From positions 1 to 52,371 of the forward strand of contig JAZDOJ010000037.1 in assembly GCA_043798795.1 (NCBI GenBank): a DNA stretch of 52,371 nucleotides, in the 5' to 3' direction. Numbering within the stretch: the first letter of the stretch is position 1; each line of letters opens with the position of its first letter. The notes beneath the pieces were generated by a model that was not told the DNA's origin, searched no databases, and saw only the letters and a program-made list of their open reading frames with translations. Shown piece by piece: positions 1-10,667 of the stretch. The translations under genes and the position numbers were made by a program. Source of the stretch: Candidatus Omnitrophota bacterium. GTDB taxonomy: Bacteria; Omnitrophota; Gorgyraeia; Gygaellales; Profunditerraquicolaceae.

Positions 1-141
1 ATCAAGTAGAAGCGCAAATCTGTGGGTATACGGCATTATAAGCCAAGTTATGCAAGAACAACAACCAGAGGTTATGCCAAGACATGTAACAATTTTCAGA
101 GAACCCCAATACGAAAGCGTACAATTATCTTGACAACACTT
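1..141. repeat. Left arm of a perfect 141-bp terminal inverted repeat (reverse complement of 52231..52371)
   Basis: Base-by-base comparison: positions 1..141 pair exactly with 52371..52231, and identity breaks at 142/52230. The arm sits where the 5' third of clpB should be. Confidence 0.95.
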
Positions 142-2259
142 ATTACGGACCTGGCTTTAAAGAATAAGCTGGATCCTGTAATCGGACGCGATAAAGAGAT
201 CCGCCGCCTGATGCAGGTTTTGTCCAGGCGCACCAAGAACAATCCGGTGCTCATCGGTGAGGCAGGGGTGGGAAAAACCGCCATTGTAGAAGGTTTAGCC
301 CAGCGCATTGTTTCCCATGACGTGCCCGAAGGCTTAAAGAATAAGAAAATCGTAGCTTTAGATTTGGGGAGCCTGATCGCGGGAACGAAATTCCGCGGAG
401 AGTTCGAAAATCGGCTCAAGGCTGTTCTCAAAGAGATCCAGAGCAAAAGCGGCCAGATTATCTTATTTATCGATGAGCTGCATACGATTGTGGGTGCCGG
501 GGCAGCTGAGGGTGCAATGGATGCCTCCCAAATGCTCAAGCCCATGCTGGCACGCGGCCAGCTGCGCTGCATCGGCGCGACAACCCTGGATGAGTACCGT
601 AAATATATAGAGAAGGACAGGGCCCTGGAAAGAAGATTCCAGACGGTCTTCGTGGGTGAGCCGGATGTGCAGGATACGATCGCCATATTAAGAGGATTAA
701 AAGAAAAGTATGAGATTCATCACGGCGTGCGCATCAAGGATTCGGCCATCATTGCCGCAGCTACTCTTTCCGGACGCTATATAACCGACAGGCATCTGCC
801 GGACAAGGCCGTGGACCTGATTGATGAAGCAGCCAGCCGCCTTCGGATTGAGATCGACAGCATGCCGACGGAGATTGATGCTGTGCAGCGTAAGATCATG
901 CAGCTGGAAATAGAAAAACAGGCCCTTAAAAAGGAAAAGGACAAAACATCTCTGGAAAGGCTAAAAGTAATTGAGGAGGAGCTGGAGAAGTTAAAGAAGG
1001 ATTTAGACGTCAGGAAGAAGCAGTGGGAGGAAGAAAAATCCGTCATTCTGAAAATCCAGGAAATAAAGAAAAAAATCGAAGACCTTAAGAATGATGCCCA
1101 TAATGCCGAAAAAGTCGGAGACTTAGGGCGGGTGGCTGAGATAAAATACGGGAAGCTCATCGAATTAGAGCAGGCTCTTATTAAGCACAACGAGGAGTTC
1201 GCCAGGCTGCAGAAGGAGTCAGGGATGTTGCGCCAAGAGGTGGGTGATGAAGATATCGCTGAGGTGATTTCCGAATGGACAGGGATTCCCCTGACCAAGC
1301 TCATGGAAGGGGATACGGAAAAGCTCATCAAAATGGAGGAGCGGCTTAAAACCAAAGTGGTGGGCCAGGACGAAGCCATTGATATCATTTCCGCATGCGT
1401 GCGGCGTTCGCGCTCCGGCCTTGCGGATGAGTTCAGGCCTATGGGGTCCTTTATTTTTATGGGGCCGACAGGCGTGGGCAAGACCCGATTGGCCAAGGCC
1501 CTGGCCTGGTTCTTGTTCGATGATGAGGAAGCGTTGATCCGTATCGATATGTCTGAGTATATGGAGAAGTTCAGCGTCAGCCGCCTGATCGGTGCCCCTC
1601 CCGGCTATGTCGGATACGAGGAAGGCGGCCAGCTGACGGAAAAGGTCAGGCGCAGGCCTTATGCGGTGATTCTGCTGGATGAGATCGAAAAGGCCCATCC
1701 TGAAGTGTTTAATATCCTTTTGCAGATCCTGGATGACGGAAGGCTTACGGACGGCCAGGGAAGGACTGTTAATTTCAGAAATTCGATTATCATCATGACC
1801 TCGAATATCGGCGCTGAGATCATCCAGCAGCATGGCTCTATTGGGTTCAATAGTCCTAAGGAAGAGTCCTCTAGCTTTAAAGTGATGAAGGAAAAGCTGC
1901 TGGAAGAGGTGCGAAGGACTTTCAAGCCGGAGTTTCTCAACCGCCTGGATGATATTATTGTTTTCAATCCGTTGGACAAAAAGGAAATTGAGAGAATAGT
2001 CGACTTAGAGCTTGAGCCTATCATCAAGCGCCTGGCTGAGCGAAAGATTCATCTTGAGGTGACGCAAAAAGCCAAAGCGTATCTTGCAGAGAAAGGATTT
2101 GACATCCATTTCGGCGCCAGGCCCCTGAAGAGGGTTATCCAAAGGACCCTCCAGGATAAGCTTGCCCTTGAAATCCTGGAAGGCAAAATCAAGGAAGGGG
2201 ATAAGGTAAGGGTGGATGTTGTTGACAAAGAGATAAAATATGTTAAAATGAATTTTTAG
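142..2259 (+). CDS. clpB: ClpB disaggregase (AAA+ chaperone), 5'-truncated; N-terminal domain missing
   Basis: Same frame as ORF 22..2259, but ClpB-like sequence begins only at the repeat junction (..[20 protein letters not shown]). Contains Walker [18 protein letters not shown], a long coiled-coil middle domain, a second Walker A GPTGVGKT and Walker [10 protein letters not shown]. About 150 N-terminal residues expected for ClpB are absent. Confidence 0.93.
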   Translation: MTDLALKNKLDPVIGRDKEIRRLMQVLSRRTKNNPVLIGEAGVGKTAIVEGLAQRIVSHDVPEGLKNKKIVALDLGSLIAGTKFRGEFENRLKAVLKEIQSKSGQIILFIDELHTIVGAGAAEGAMDASQMLKPMLARGQLRCIGATTLDEYRKYIEKDRALERRFQTVFVGEPDVQDTIAILRGLKEKYEIHHGVRIKDSAIIAAATLSGRYITDRHLPDKAVDLIDEAASRLRIEIDSMPTEIDAVQRKIMQLEIEKQALKKEKDKTSLERLKVIEEELEKLKKDLDVRKKQWEEEKSVILKIQEIKKKIEDLKNDAHNAEKVGDLGRVAEIKYGKLIELEQALIKHNEEFARLQKESGMLRQEVGDEDIAEVISEWTGIPLTKLMEGDTEKLIKMEERLKTKVVGQDEAIDIISACVRRSRSGLADEFRPMGSFIFMGPTGVGKTRLAKALAWFLFDDEEALIRIDMSEYMEKFSVSRLIGAPPGYVGYEEGGQLTEKVRRRPYAVILLDEIEKAHPEVFNILLQILDDGRLTDGQGRTVNFRNSIIIMTSNIGAEIIQQHGSIGFNSPKEESSSFKVMKEKLLEEVRRTFKPEFLNRLDDIIVFNPLDKKEIERIVDLELEPIIKRLAERKIHLEVTQKAKAYLAEKGFDIHFGARPLKRVIQRTLQDKLALEILEGKIKEGDKVRVDVVDKEIKYVKMNF
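2222..2249 (+). promoter_or_regulatory. Sigma70-type promoter for the hrcA operon (TTGACA-16-TGT-TAAAAT, extended -10)
   Basis: TTGACA at 2222..2227 and TAAAAT at 2244..2249, preceded by TGT. It lies in the last codons of clpB, immediately upstream of CIRCE. Confidence 0.6.
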
Positions 2260-2282
2260 CATTATATGACTGAGAGTGCTAA
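2256..2282 (+). promoter_or_regulatory. CIRCE operator (HrcA binding site)
   Basis: TTAGCATTA-N9-GAGTGCTAA compared with consensus TTAGCACTC-N9-GAGTGCTAA. It sits directly upstream of hrcA, overlapping the expected transcription start. Confidence 0.8.
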
Positions 2283-2288
2283 AAGGAG

Positions 2289-3032
2289 ATGGCCATGGTA
2301 AGAAACGTAGACTATGAATCCAGGAGAAGGCTCGTTTTAGAATCCGCCATCAATAAATACATAAGAGACGCGGTTCCAGTCGCTTCGGAAGATATTGCCG
2401 AAGAATTCGATTTAAGTTCAGCGACCATCCGTGTTATCTTTTCAGAGCTGGAGGAGAAGGGTTTTCTGACTCACCCTTATACCTCAGGTGGCCGCATGCC
2501 CACGGATAGAGGGTACCGCTATTACGTTGATTTCCTTATTTCGCAGATGGAGTTGCTCGATAATGAAAAAGAGCGCATTGTCAGGGAATTCAAGCGGCAG
2601 ATCCGGCGCCTGGATGATGCTTTGGAAGAAACCACGGAGATTATTTCGGCTGTCACGCACTATGCCGGCATCGTTTCAATTCTTGAGCTTCAGGATAAGT
2701 TATTTTACAAAGGCTTAAGCCGTATGTTAGACCAGCCGGAGTTCAAGGATTCGGATAAGATACGTTTTCTTGTCAGAGCCTTTGAAGACAAGCGCCGGTT
2801 GCTGGATGTCATCAACCGTGATTTTAAAGAAAAAGTCAAGGTGTATATCGGAACGGAATTAGGCTGTCCCGAAATGGAAAATTGTGCCCTGGTGGTCTCG
2901 GGTTTTCGGGTCAAAAATAAGCCTTCAGGTAAAATAGCCGTGCTGGGGCCCATGCGCATGGAATACAAATCCATTATTCCCACGATGGAATACATCTCGG
3001 ATCTGGTGACGGAAGTTTTTGAAATCTTTTAA
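2289..3032 (+). CDS. hrcA: Heat-inducible transcription repressor HrcA (compact, 247 aa)
   Basis: N-terminal winged-helix region (VASEDIAEEFDLSSATIRVIFSELEEKGFLTHPYTSGGRMPTDRGYRYYVD). First gene of an hrcA-grpE-dnaK-dnaJ arrangement with CIRCE upstream. Confidence 0.88.
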   Translation: MAMVRNVDYESRRRLVLESAINKYIRDAVPVASEDIAEEFDLSSATIRVIFSELEEKGFLTHPYTSGGRMPTDRGYRYYVDFLISQMELLDNEKERIVREFKRQIRRLDDALEETTEIISAVTHYAGIVSILELQDKLFYKGLSRMLDQPEFKDSDKIRFLVRAFEDKRRLLDVINRDFKEKVKVYIGTELGCPEMENCALVVSGFRVKNKPSGKIAVLGPMRMEYKSIIPTMEYISDLVTEVFEIF

Positions 3033-3037
3033 GGACT

Positions 3038-3580
3038 ATGACGAAAGAGCATAAAAACAATCAGGAAGAAAAAGAATTGCCTCAGGAAGAAAAGACCGTC
3101 ATCCTTAAGGAGGAGGAGTATCTGAAATTAAAGGAGGAGGCGGATAAAGCCAAGGATTGCTGGGATAAGTATTTGAGGCTCCAGGCGGATTTTGAGAATT
3201 CGCGCAAACGGCAGGAAAAAGAGAGGCTGGATTTTTTCAGGTATGCCAATGAAGGCATGGTCATAGAATTGCTGAACGTTCTGGATGATCTGGAGCGCAC
3301 CGTGGAGCTGGCCCAAGAGAAGCATCAGGACCTGGCTGCTTTTTTAAAAGGGGTGGAGATGATTCTGGCACACCTTTATGAGATGTTAAAGGCTCAAGGC
3401 GTTAAGCCCATAGAGGCCAAAGGTAAATTATTCGACCCGCATTTTCATGAGGCGCTTATGCAGGTGGACGGTGAAGATTTGCCGGAACACACCATAGTTG
3501 AAGAATTGCAAAAAGGGTATCTGCTCAACGATAGAGTGATTAGGACTTCGAAGGTGAAGGTGTCTAAGAAAAGTTCATAG
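3038..3580 (+). CDS. grpE: Nucleotide exchange factor GrpE
   Basis: Typical GrpE core (YLRLQADFENSRKR.. and FDPHFHEALMQV..). Positioned between hrcA and dnaK. Confidence 0.95.
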   Translation: MTKEHKNNQEEKELPQEEKTVILKEEEYLKLKEEADKAKDCWDKYLRLQADFENSRKRQEKERLDFFRYANEGMVIELLNVLDDLERTVELAQEKHQDLAAFLKGVEMILAHLYEMLKAQGVKPIEAKGKLFDPHFHEALMQVDGEDLPEHTIVEELQKGYLLNDRVIRTSKVKVSKKSS

Positions 3581-3607
3581 AAAAGAATAAAATCTAGGAG
3601 GTGCCAT

Positions 3608-5503
3608 ATGGCTAAAATTATAGGAATTGATTTAGGGACGTCGAATTCAGCAGCGGCGATTATGGAAGGAGGCCGGCCTGTCATCATCCCTTCTGCGGAA
3701 GGCGCAGGGGTCGCATCAGGCAAGGCATTTCCCTCCTACGTGGCTTTTACAAAAGACGGTCAGCGTTTAGTAGGAGAGCCGGCCAGGCGCCAGGCTGCCA
3801 TCAATGCAGAGGGCACGATTCAGGCTGCCAAACGCAAGATGGGCACAGACCATAAATTCAAGGTTTTTGGCAAGGAGTACACCCCGCAGCAGATCTCTGC
3901 GTTTATTTTGCAAAAGATCAAGCAGGATGCCGAGGCCTATTTAGGAGACAAGGTTGAGGAGGCGGTCATCACCTGTCCTGCCTATTTTGACGATAACCAG
4001 AGGACCGCTACGAAAGATGCAGGAGAGATTGCGGGCCTTAAGGTCCTGCGTATCATTAACGAACCGACAGCCGCATGTCTCGCTTACGGGCTTGAGAAAT
4101 CCCAGAAAGAGCAGAAGATCATGGTCTTTGATTTAGGAGGCGGAACGCTGGATGTCACGATCATGGAGATGGCCAGCGGCGTCTTTGAGGTCAAGTCCAC
4201 CCACGGAGATACACAGCTGGGCGGAACGGATATGGATAATCTGCTGATTGATCATTTCGCCAATCAATTCAAGCGCGAAAGCGGTATCGACCTGCGTAAC
4301 GATAAGATGGCGATGCAGCGGCTTCGGGAAGCAGCGGAAAAGGCCAAGGTCGAGTTGTCTTCGACGCTCACCACGGATATCAACCTCCCCTTTATTACGG
4401 CGGATGCTTCGGGTCCCAAGCACCTGACTATGTCGATCACCCGTGCCAAACTGGATGAATTGGTTTCACCTATTGTGGAGCGCTGCCGCAAGCCCATGGA
4501 AGAAGCGCTGAAGGATGCAAAGCTTGGCGCCTCTGAAGTCGACCGTATCATCATGGTCGGAGGCCCCACCCGCATGCCGATCATTCAGAAGTTTGTCGAG
4601 GATTTTGTCGGCAAAAAAATCGAGCGCGGGGTGGACCCCATGGAGTGCGTGGCGCTGGGAGCGGCGATTCAGGCGGCCATCATCAAAGGAGACGTCAAAG
4701 ATGTATTGCTTCTGGATGTAACGCCTTTGTCTCTGGGCCTTGAGACGCTGGGCGGGGTGAATACGCGCCTCATTGAAAGGAACACAACCATTCCGACTAA
4801 AAAGAGCCAGATCTTTTCTACGGCTGCGGATAATCAGACGGCGGTGACCATCCGCGTCTTGCAGGGAGAAAGACAGATGGCGAATGATAATGTGGAGCTG
4901 GGCCGATTTGACCTCGTGGGCATTCCCGCAGCTCCGCGCGGCGTTCCCCAGGTTGAAGTGGCTTTTGATATAGATGCCGACGGCATCGTGCATGTTTCGG
5001 CCAAGGACCTGGGCACAGGTAAGGAGCAATCCATCCGCATCACCGCTCCCAAGAAGCTCTCCAAGGAAGAAATCGAAAAGATGGTCAAGGATGCAGAAAA
5101 GTTTGCCGCTGAAGACACCAAGAAAAAAGAAGAAATCGAAATTGTCAACCAGGCAGACACCTTGGTTTATGGCACGGAAAAATCGCTGAAAGAATTCGGC
5201 GATAAAGTAAGCCAGGCCGAGCGCGCGGATATCGAAGCAAAGCTCAATGACCTGAAGACCGCCATCAAGGATAAGAATGTGCAGAGGATGAAAAGCGGGA
5301 TGGAAGATCTGACCAAGGCCTCCCATAAGTTGGCGGAGGAGATTTACAAACAGGCCGCTGCCAAGCAGCAACAGCAGCAAGGTCCCAAGGAGGCAGGGCC
5401 AAAAGAGCAGGCAGGTCCGAGTGACGCCAAAGAAGAGAAAACAGGCAAAGACGAAGAGATCATTGACGCGGAGTACAAAGAAGAAGAAGACGATAAGAAA
5501 TAG
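3608..5503 (+). CDS. dnaK: Molecular chaperone DnaK (Hsp70)
   Basis: [23 protein letters not shown] and the acidic EEDDKK tail. RBS AGGAGG upstream. Confidence 0.98.
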   Translation: MAKIIGIDLGTSNSAAAIMEGGRPVIIPSAEGAGVASGKAFPSYVAFTKDGQRLVGEPARRQAAINAEGTIQAAKRKMGTDHKFKVFGKEYTPQQISAFILQKIKQDAEAYLGDKVEEAVITCPAYFDDNQRTATKDAGEIAGLKVLRIINEPTAACLAYGLEKSQKEQKIMVFDLGGGTLDVTIMEMASGVFEVKSTHGDTQLGGTDMDNLLIDHFANQFKRESGIDLRNDKMAMQRLREAAEKAKVELSSTLTTDINLPFITADASGPKHLTMSITRAKLDELVSPIVERCRKPMEEALKDAKLGASEVDRIIMVGGPTRMPIIQKFVEDFVGKKIERGVDPMECVALGAAIQAAIIKGDVKDVLLLDVTPLSLGLETLGGVNTRLIERNTTIPTKKSQIFSTAADNQTAVTIRVLQGERQMANDNVELGRFDLVGIPAAPRGVPQVEVAFDIDADGIVHVSAKDLGTGKEQSIRITAPKKLSKEEIEKMVKDAEKFAAEDTKKKEEIEIVNQADTLVYGTEKSLKEFGDKVSQAERADIEAKLNDLKTAIKDKNVQRMKSGMEDLTKASHKLAEEIYKQAAAKQQQQQGPKEAGPKEQAGPSDAKEEKTGKDEEIIDAEYKEEEDDKK

Positions 5504-5505
5504 TA

Positions 5506-6687
5506 ATGATGTCCACGAAACGCGATTATTACGAGATTCTGGGAGTTAAAAAGAGCGCCACTCTCGATGAAATCAAGAAGGCCTACAGAGAGTTGGCGCT
5601 ACGTTATCACCCTGACAGGGTCCCTCACGAACAGAAAAAAGAGGCCGAGGAGAAGTTTAAGGAGATTTCCGAGGCTTATGCAGTTTTATCTGACGCGCAA
5701 AAACGTGCGGTTTATGATGAATACGGCCATGCTGGCGTAGATCAAAGGTTTACTCGTGAAGATATTATGCGTGGCGGTCAGTGGGGTGGTTTCGAAGATA
5801 TAGGATTAGGAGATTTACTCAAGAATCTCCAGAGCATGTTTTCCGGAGGAGGATATAGTTATGATACTGACGATATTTTCGATAATTTCTTTTTTGGTTC
5901 TGAAAGGACAGGTCGCAGTTCACGAAGAAAAGGAAGGGATTTACAAATATCTGTTGATATCACGCTAGAAGAAGCGGCTAAGGGCACAGAGAGAACGATC
6001 GTAGTTCCTAGGTACGAGTCGTGTTCAACTTGCGAAGGAAGCGGCGTTAAACCGGGTACTAAAAAAATTACTTGTCCGCAGTGTAAAGGTTCGGGTCGTT
6101 CTGTAATGGGACGGGGAGGTTTTTATATCGAACAAGCTTGTTCGCGTTGCCAGGGCGAAGGAACAATGACTCAAACGCCCTGTATAGATTGTCATGGTCA
6201 AGGAAGAATTAAGGTTAGCCGTAGACTCAAAGTAAAGATACCCGCTGGAGTAGATACTGGTTCGCATATAAGAATGCGCGGCGAAGGCGAGATCGGCACT
6301 GCTGGCCGGGGTGATTTACATGTAATTATTGAAGTCCAGCCGCATGCAATATTTGAAAGGCATAATAATGATATTGTCACTGAGATTTCAATTAGTCTGA
6401 GTAAGGCGATATTAGGAGGAGAGGTACAAGTAATTACGCTTAATGGCAACGTAAGCATGAAGATACCCGCAGGCACCCAAAGCGGTAAAATTTTCCGGCT
6501 TAAAGAAAAAGGGATACCGGATGTTCACGGAAGGGGCATCGGAGATGAATTAATCAGGGTGAATGTGGAGATCCCGCAGCGCCTGAACTCAGAGCAACGC
6601 CGGCTCATGGAAGAGTTCGCCAAGGCCTCGGGAGAAGAAGTTAACAAAGAGAGTCTTGCCGAGAAGATAAAGAAGACCTTTAAATAA
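5506..6687 (+). CDS. dnaJ: Co-chaperone DnaJ
   Basis: J-domain ([11 protein letters not shown]), G/F region and four CxxCxGxG zinc-finger repeats ([32 protein letters not shown]). Confidence 0.97.
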   Translation: MMSTKRDYYEILGVKKSATLDEIKKAYRELALRYHPDRVPHEQKKEAEEKFKEISEAYAVLSDAQKRAVYDEYGHAGVDQRFTREDIMRGGQWGGFEDIGLGDLLKNLQSMFSGGGYSYDTDDIFDNFFFGSERTGRSSRRKGRDLQISVDITLEEAAKGTERTIVVPRYESCSTCEGSGVKPGTKKITCPQCKGSGRSVMGRGGFYIEQACSRCQGEGTMTQTPCIDCHGQGRIKVSRRLKVKIPAGVDTGSHIRMRGEGEIGTAGRGDLHVIIEVQPHAIFERHNNDIVTEISISLSKAILGGEVQVITLNGNVSMKIPAGTQSGKIFRLKEKGIPDVHGRGIGDELIRVNVEIPQRLNSEQRRLMEEFAKASGEEVNKESLAEKIKKTFK

Positions 6688-6699
6688 GGAGTAAAACTT

Positions 6700-6960
6700 A
6701 TGCCTACCTACGATTACGAATGCAGTGCCTGCGGTCATAAATTCGAAGTTTTTCAGAGCATGAACGACGGGCAGCTACGCAAGTGTCCCAAATGTAAGAA
6801 GCTGAAGGTCAAGCGTCTTATCGGCATGGGTGCCGGGATTATTTTCAAAGGATCAGGGTTCTACGCCACGGATTACCGCAAAAAGGATTCAAGCCCAAAA
6901 CCCCAGGGGCCTGCCTCTTGCCCTAAGGCCAAAGAAGGATGTAATGCCTGTCAACACTAA
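6700..6960 (+). CDS. FmdB-family zinc-ribbon protein
   Basis: MPTYDYECSACGHKFE...KCPKCK, the CxxC-N-CxxC signature typical of this family. Confidence 0.85.
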   Translation: MPTYDYECSACGHKFEVFQSMNDGQLRKCPKCKKLKVKRLIGMGAGIIFKGSGFYATDYRKKDSSPKPQGPASCPKAKEGCNACQH

Positions 6961-7348
6961 ATTCAAGGTCGCAAAATCCTGGCTTCCTGTCGTCCTTTGC
7001 ATGGTGGTCATATTTTATGCTTCCAGCATCCCGGGAAGCGATGTCCCGTCTTTATTCCCTTATGAGGACCTGCTTTATCATTTTCTGATTTTTTTTCTTC
7101 TTGCCTCTTTCTTTATCTGCGCTATGAGAAATACCTTTCCGGCGTTTGGTCCTATAAAAATTGTGCTTTTTACGGCAATATTTGTTATAATCTATGGGTT
7201 AACAGATGAAGGGCACCAGGCCTTTGTCCCCTTAAGGACGGTTTCTTTTTTTGACCTCTGCATCGATAGTTTAGCCGGTTTCACGGCGTGCATCCTGTTT
7301 GTTTTCCGGCAGATGGCTCTATCAGAAAGAAAAGTATGCCTCAAATAA
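6944..7348 (+). CDS. VanZ-like membrane protein
   Basis: Four hydrophobic segments and the VanZ-type motif TDEGHQAFVPLR..D. Start taken at the internal ATG (MPVNTKF), because the upstream part of ORF 6830.. overlaps the zinc-ribbon gene. Confidence 0.7.
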   Translation: MPVNTKFKVAKSWLPVVLCMVVIFYASSIPGSDVPSLFPYEDLLYHFLIFFLLASFFICAMRNTFPAFGPIKIVLFTAIFVIIYGLTDEGHQAFVPLRTVSFFDLCIDSLAGFTACILFVFRQMALSERKVCLK

Positions 7349-8619
7349 AACCCTTCAAAGCCCTGATGTATAATCAAGAAGAAAACAGGGATCTCTCCAA
7401 GGTGGTTTGTCCACCCTACGATATTATTTCTCCGGCTGATTCGAATTATTATCACGACTTAAGCCCTTATAATTTCATCCATCTTGAGTTAGGCAAGAAG
7501 GTACCGGGAGAGGATAAATACAAACGGGCAAAGAATTATCTAAGGGATTGGTTGAAAGATGAAATCCTGATCAAGGATGAACAGCCCTGCATCTATTTCT
7601 GCAGCGAGCAGTATAGCCTGAAGGGGGTCAAAAAAGAACGGCTGGGGTTTTTCGCCCTTTTGCATCTGGGGGATAAGAAATCTTCTGTTTACAGCCATGA
7701 GCACACGCGCCTTGAGTCCAAGGAGGACAGGTTTAGGCTCATCAAGAAGGTCAAAGCCAATTTAAGCCCCGTTTTTTTGATTTTTTCTGACAACAAACGG
7801 ATCGTGCAGCGCACCTACCAGCATCATCTCCAGGGTAAAGTTCCCCTCCTGGAAGTCACCGACAAAGAAAAAGTCATCCACAAGCTCTGGCGAATCGACG
7901 CCCCCGAGGTCATCGCTGGCATGCAGGCCTGTATGCAAAAAGAGAATATCTTTATTGCCGACGGCCATCACCGCTATGAAGTGGCCTTGGCCTTCAGGGA
8001 CCTGATGAAGAAGAAACGGCAGGATGCCTTTACGGGGCAGGAAAGTTTTAACTATATCCTGGCCTACTTTACAAACGCGCCTTCCCATGGCCTTTGCGTC
8101 CTTCCCGTGCATCGCCTGGTCAAAACGAGGGCCAAGTTTGATTACAGGAGTTTTATACAGAAACTCAAGGAATATTTTTATGTGGAGGAAAAAGTCAAAG
8201 ATAAGACCCAGCTCTTCTTTTTGATGGAGAAGGGGGGAAGAACCGAGCATGTCCTGGGGATGTATAAGGAAAGCAAATACCATCTCTTGCGCCTGAAAAA
8301 TATCGGGATCCTGGATAAAATGATGAGCGGCAAATCAAAGGAATACAGGTCCCTGGATGTTTCTATTCTCAATAATCTGATCCTGAAGAACATTTTGAAA
8401 CTTGATATCGAAGATAAAAGAAACATCCTCTACGGCCCCCATGCGGATGAATTTATCGATAAAGTTGACCGTTCATCAACGCACATCGCTTTTCTCCTGA
8501 ACCCCGCCAAGATTCAAGAAGTGATAACGGTAGCCCTCAACGCGGAAAGAATGCCCAGCAAGACCACCTACTTTTACCCGAAGGTTTTATCGGGACTCCT
8601 GCTTCATAAGTTCGAATAG
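7336..8619 (+). CDS. DUF1015 family protein
   Basis: N-terminus MPQIKPFKALMYN....VVCPPYDIIS is characteristic of DUF1015. Start taken at the internal ATG. Confidence 0.8.
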   Translation: MPQIKPFKALMYNQEENRDLSKVVCPPYDIISPADSNYYHDLSPYNFIHLELGKKVPGEDKYKRAKNYLRDWLKDEILIKDEQPCIYFCSEQYSLKGVKKERLGFFALLHLGDKKSSVYSHEHTRLESKEDRFRLIKKVKANLSPVFLIFSDNKRIVQRTYQHHLQGKVPLLEVTDKEKVIHKLWRIDAPEVIAGMQACMQKENIFIADGHHRYEVALAFRDLMKKKRQDAFTGQESFNYILAYFTNAPSHGLCVLPVHRLVKTRAKFDYRSFIQKLKEYFYVEEKVKDKTQLFFLMEKGGRTEHVLGMYKESKYHLLRLKNIGILDKMMSGKSKEYRSLDVSILNNLILKNILKLDIEDKRNILYGPHADEFIDKVDRSSTHIAFLLNPAKIQEVITVALNAERMPSKTTYFYPKVLSGLLLHKFE

Positions 8620-8627
8620 GTGAAGAG

Positions 8628-9467
8628 ATGGCATTATTCGGAAAACCCAAATACACCATCGTCCGATTAAAAAAGAAGGAAATGCCAGATGGCCTCTGGA
8701 CCAAGTGCGAAGGGTGCTCCGAGACTCTCTACAACAAGACCTTGGAAGAAAACCAGAAGGTCTGTCCGAAATGCAATCATCATTTTGTGTTGGGCGCCTA
8801 TGAGCGCATCCATTTATTGATAGATAAAGACACATTTCTTGAACTGGACAGAGATATGGCTTCCGTCGATCCTCTGGAATTCAAGGGGCCCAAGACCTAT
8901 AAAGAAAAATTAGCCAATGACCAAAGCGCGACAGGCCTTAGAGAAGCGGCCGTTTCCGGAGAGGGAAAATGTGAGGGCAGGAAAGTCATTTTAGCAGTAA
9001 CGGATTCCCGTTTTATCATGGGTTCGATGGGGTCGGTGGTCGGCGAGAAGATCACCCGCGCTATTGAAACAGCCACACGAAGCAAGCTACCTCTCATTAT
9101 CGTTTCCGGCTCAGGGGGTGGTGCGCGTATGTATGAGGGGATGTACAGCCTTATGCAGATGTCTAAGACCTGCGCGGCCCTGGCTTATTATAAACAGGCG
9201 AAACTTCCTTACGTCTCCGTGCTAACAAACCCTACCATGGCCGGCGTCATGGCTTCTTTTGCCGGCGTTGGGGATGTGATTGTGGCTGAGCCTCGGGCCC
9301 TGATTGGTTTTACGGGTCCCCGCGTCATTGAACAGACAATCCGGCAGAAATTGCCGCCGGGATTTCAGCGTTCGGAATTTCTTTTAGAGCACGGATTGAT
9401 CGATATGATCGTCCGCCGCAAGGAACTCAAAAATACGTTGAGTCAATTGCTTGACTATTTAAGTTAA
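8628..9467 (+). CDS. accD: Acetyl-CoA carboxylase carboxyltransferase beta subunit
   Basis: N-terminal zinc ribbon (CEGCSE...CPKCNHH) followed by the carboxyltransferase domain (GGARMYEG). Confidence 0.93.
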   Translation: MALFGKPKYTIVRLKKKEMPDGLWTKCEGCSETLYNKTLEENQKVCPKCNHHFVLGAYERIHLLIDKDTFLELDRDMASVDPLEFKGPKTYKEKLANDQSATGLREAAVSGEGKCEGRKVILAVTDSRFIMGSMGSVVGEKITRAIETATRSKLPLIIVSGSGGGARMYEGMYSLMQMSKTCAALAYYKQAKLPYVSVLTNPTMAGVMASFAGVGDVIVAEPRALIGFTGPRVIEQTIRQKLPPGFQRSEFLLEHGLIDMIVRRKELKNTLSQLLDYLS

Positions 9468-9534
9468 AGTAATATAATACTGAGTTCATAGTTCAGTGTA
9501 AAAAACCTAAAACATCTAAAAAAAGAGAGAAGAG

Positions 9535-10638
9535 ATGGCGCAAGTCAGCCTTAATAATGTTTCAAAGATTTTTGCGGGAAATGTCAAAGCGGTTGATTGT
9601 GTTAATTTAGGTATTGAGAATAAAGAATTCATGGTACTGGTTGGGCCTTCGGGTTGCGGAAAATCTACAACCTTAAGGATGATCGCAGGCCTGGAAGATA
9701 TGAGCGAAGGAAACATCTACATCGGAGACCAGCTTGTCAATGATGTGCCGGCCAAGGATAGAAACATCGCCATGGTGTTCCAGAATTACGCCCTGTACCC
9801 TCATATGACGGTCTTTGAAAATATGGCGTTTGGCCTGAGGCTGCGGCACATGCCTAAGAATGAGATCAGCCAGCGCGTTAATGAAGCCGCTGAGATATTG
9901 GGGATCAAGCGTCTTTTGAACCGTAAGCCCCGCGAGCTCTCCGGTGGCGAACGGCAGCGGGTGGCCGTCGGCAGGGCGATCGTGAGAAAACCGTTGGTTT
10001 TTTTGTTCGACGAACCCTTGAGCAACCTGGATGCGAAGATGCGCGTCCAGATGCGCACCGAAATCCATAAATTGCACATCAGGCTTCAGACGACCATTAT
10101 CTATGTGACGCACGACCAGGTCGAGGCCATGACCATGGGAGATCGGATCGCCGTTATGAAGGACGGGGTTCTGCAGCAGGTGGCCGATCCTATTACCGTT
10201 TACGACCAGCCAAAGAATAAATTCGTTGCCGGCTTTATTGGTTCTCCTCCCATGAATTTCATGAAGGGAAGTCTGCAGAAGAAGAATGGCAAGATCTTTT
10301 TTAGCGAAGGCAAGATCAGGGTCAGGCTTGTCGAGGATATGGTTCCTAAAATACTTTCCTATATCGGCAAAGAAGTCATTTTTGGCATCCGTTCCGAGGA
10401 TATCTATGATAAGTTGTTTGTCTCCGAGGCACCACCGGACAATATCGTCCGGGTGAGCTGTGAAGTGTTCGAACCGATGGGTTCAGAGGTTTATCTGTAT
10501 CTGAATACCGGCAGGCATACGTTCATTGCGCGGGTAGGTGCACACGACCGTCCCAAGATCAACCAGGATATGGATGTGGTCTTCGACATGAGCAAAGTGC
10601 ACTTTTTCAATAAAGATACGGAAGAAACTATCGTCTAA
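9535..10638 (+). CDS. ABC transporter ATP-binding protein, MalK/UgpC/MsmX type (orphan, no adjacent permease)
   Basis: Walker A GPSGCGKST, signature LSGGERQR, Walker B FLFDEPLS and a C-terminal TOBE-like domain. Confidence 0.9.
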   Translation: MAQVSLNNVSKIFAGNVKAVDCVNLGIENKEFMVLVGPSGCGKSTTLRMIAGLEDMSEGNIYIGDQLVNDVPAKDRNIAMVFQNYALYPHMTVFENMAFGLRLRHMPKNEISQRVNEAAEILGIKRLLNRKPRELSGGERQRVAVGRAIVRKPLVFLFDEPLSNLDAKMRVQMRTEIHKLHIRLQTTIIYVTHDQVEAMTMGDRIAVMKDGVLQQVADPITVYDQPKNKFVAGFIGSPPMNFMKGSLQKKNGKIFFSEGKIRVRLVEDMVPKILSYIGKEVIFGIRSEDIYDKLFVSEAPPDNIVRVSCEVFEPMGSEVYLYLNTGRHTFIARVGAHDRPKINQDMDVVFDMSKVHFFNKDTEETIV

Positions 10639-10667
10639 ACCATTCCCGCCTTAATTTTTGGGGTAAA

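Noticed and set aside
22-141. The first 40 codons of ORF 22..2259 as a genuine ClpB N-terminus
   Set aside because: This stretch is the inverted copy of the non-coding right contig end, and its translation has no ClpB similarity. ClpB-like sequence starts only at the repeat junction.
96-2262. Several long minus-strand ORFs (96..686, 777..1496, 1219..1833, 1659..2027, 2005..2262)
   Set aside because: They are shadow ORFs antisense to clpB, with low-complexity Ser/Arg/Leu-rich translations and no motifs.
4133-5380. Minus-strand ORFs up to 304 aa inside dnaK
   Set aside because: They are antisense shadows of a highly conserved gene, with no start context or motifs.
5700-6480. Compositional dip or different codon flavour inside dnaJ as a sign of a mosaic or chimeric gene
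   Set aside because: Hand counts of GC per line vary between about 33 and 48 percent, with no sharp boundary. The reading frame and all DnaJ motifs are intact. It is not distinguishable from normal variation without computation.
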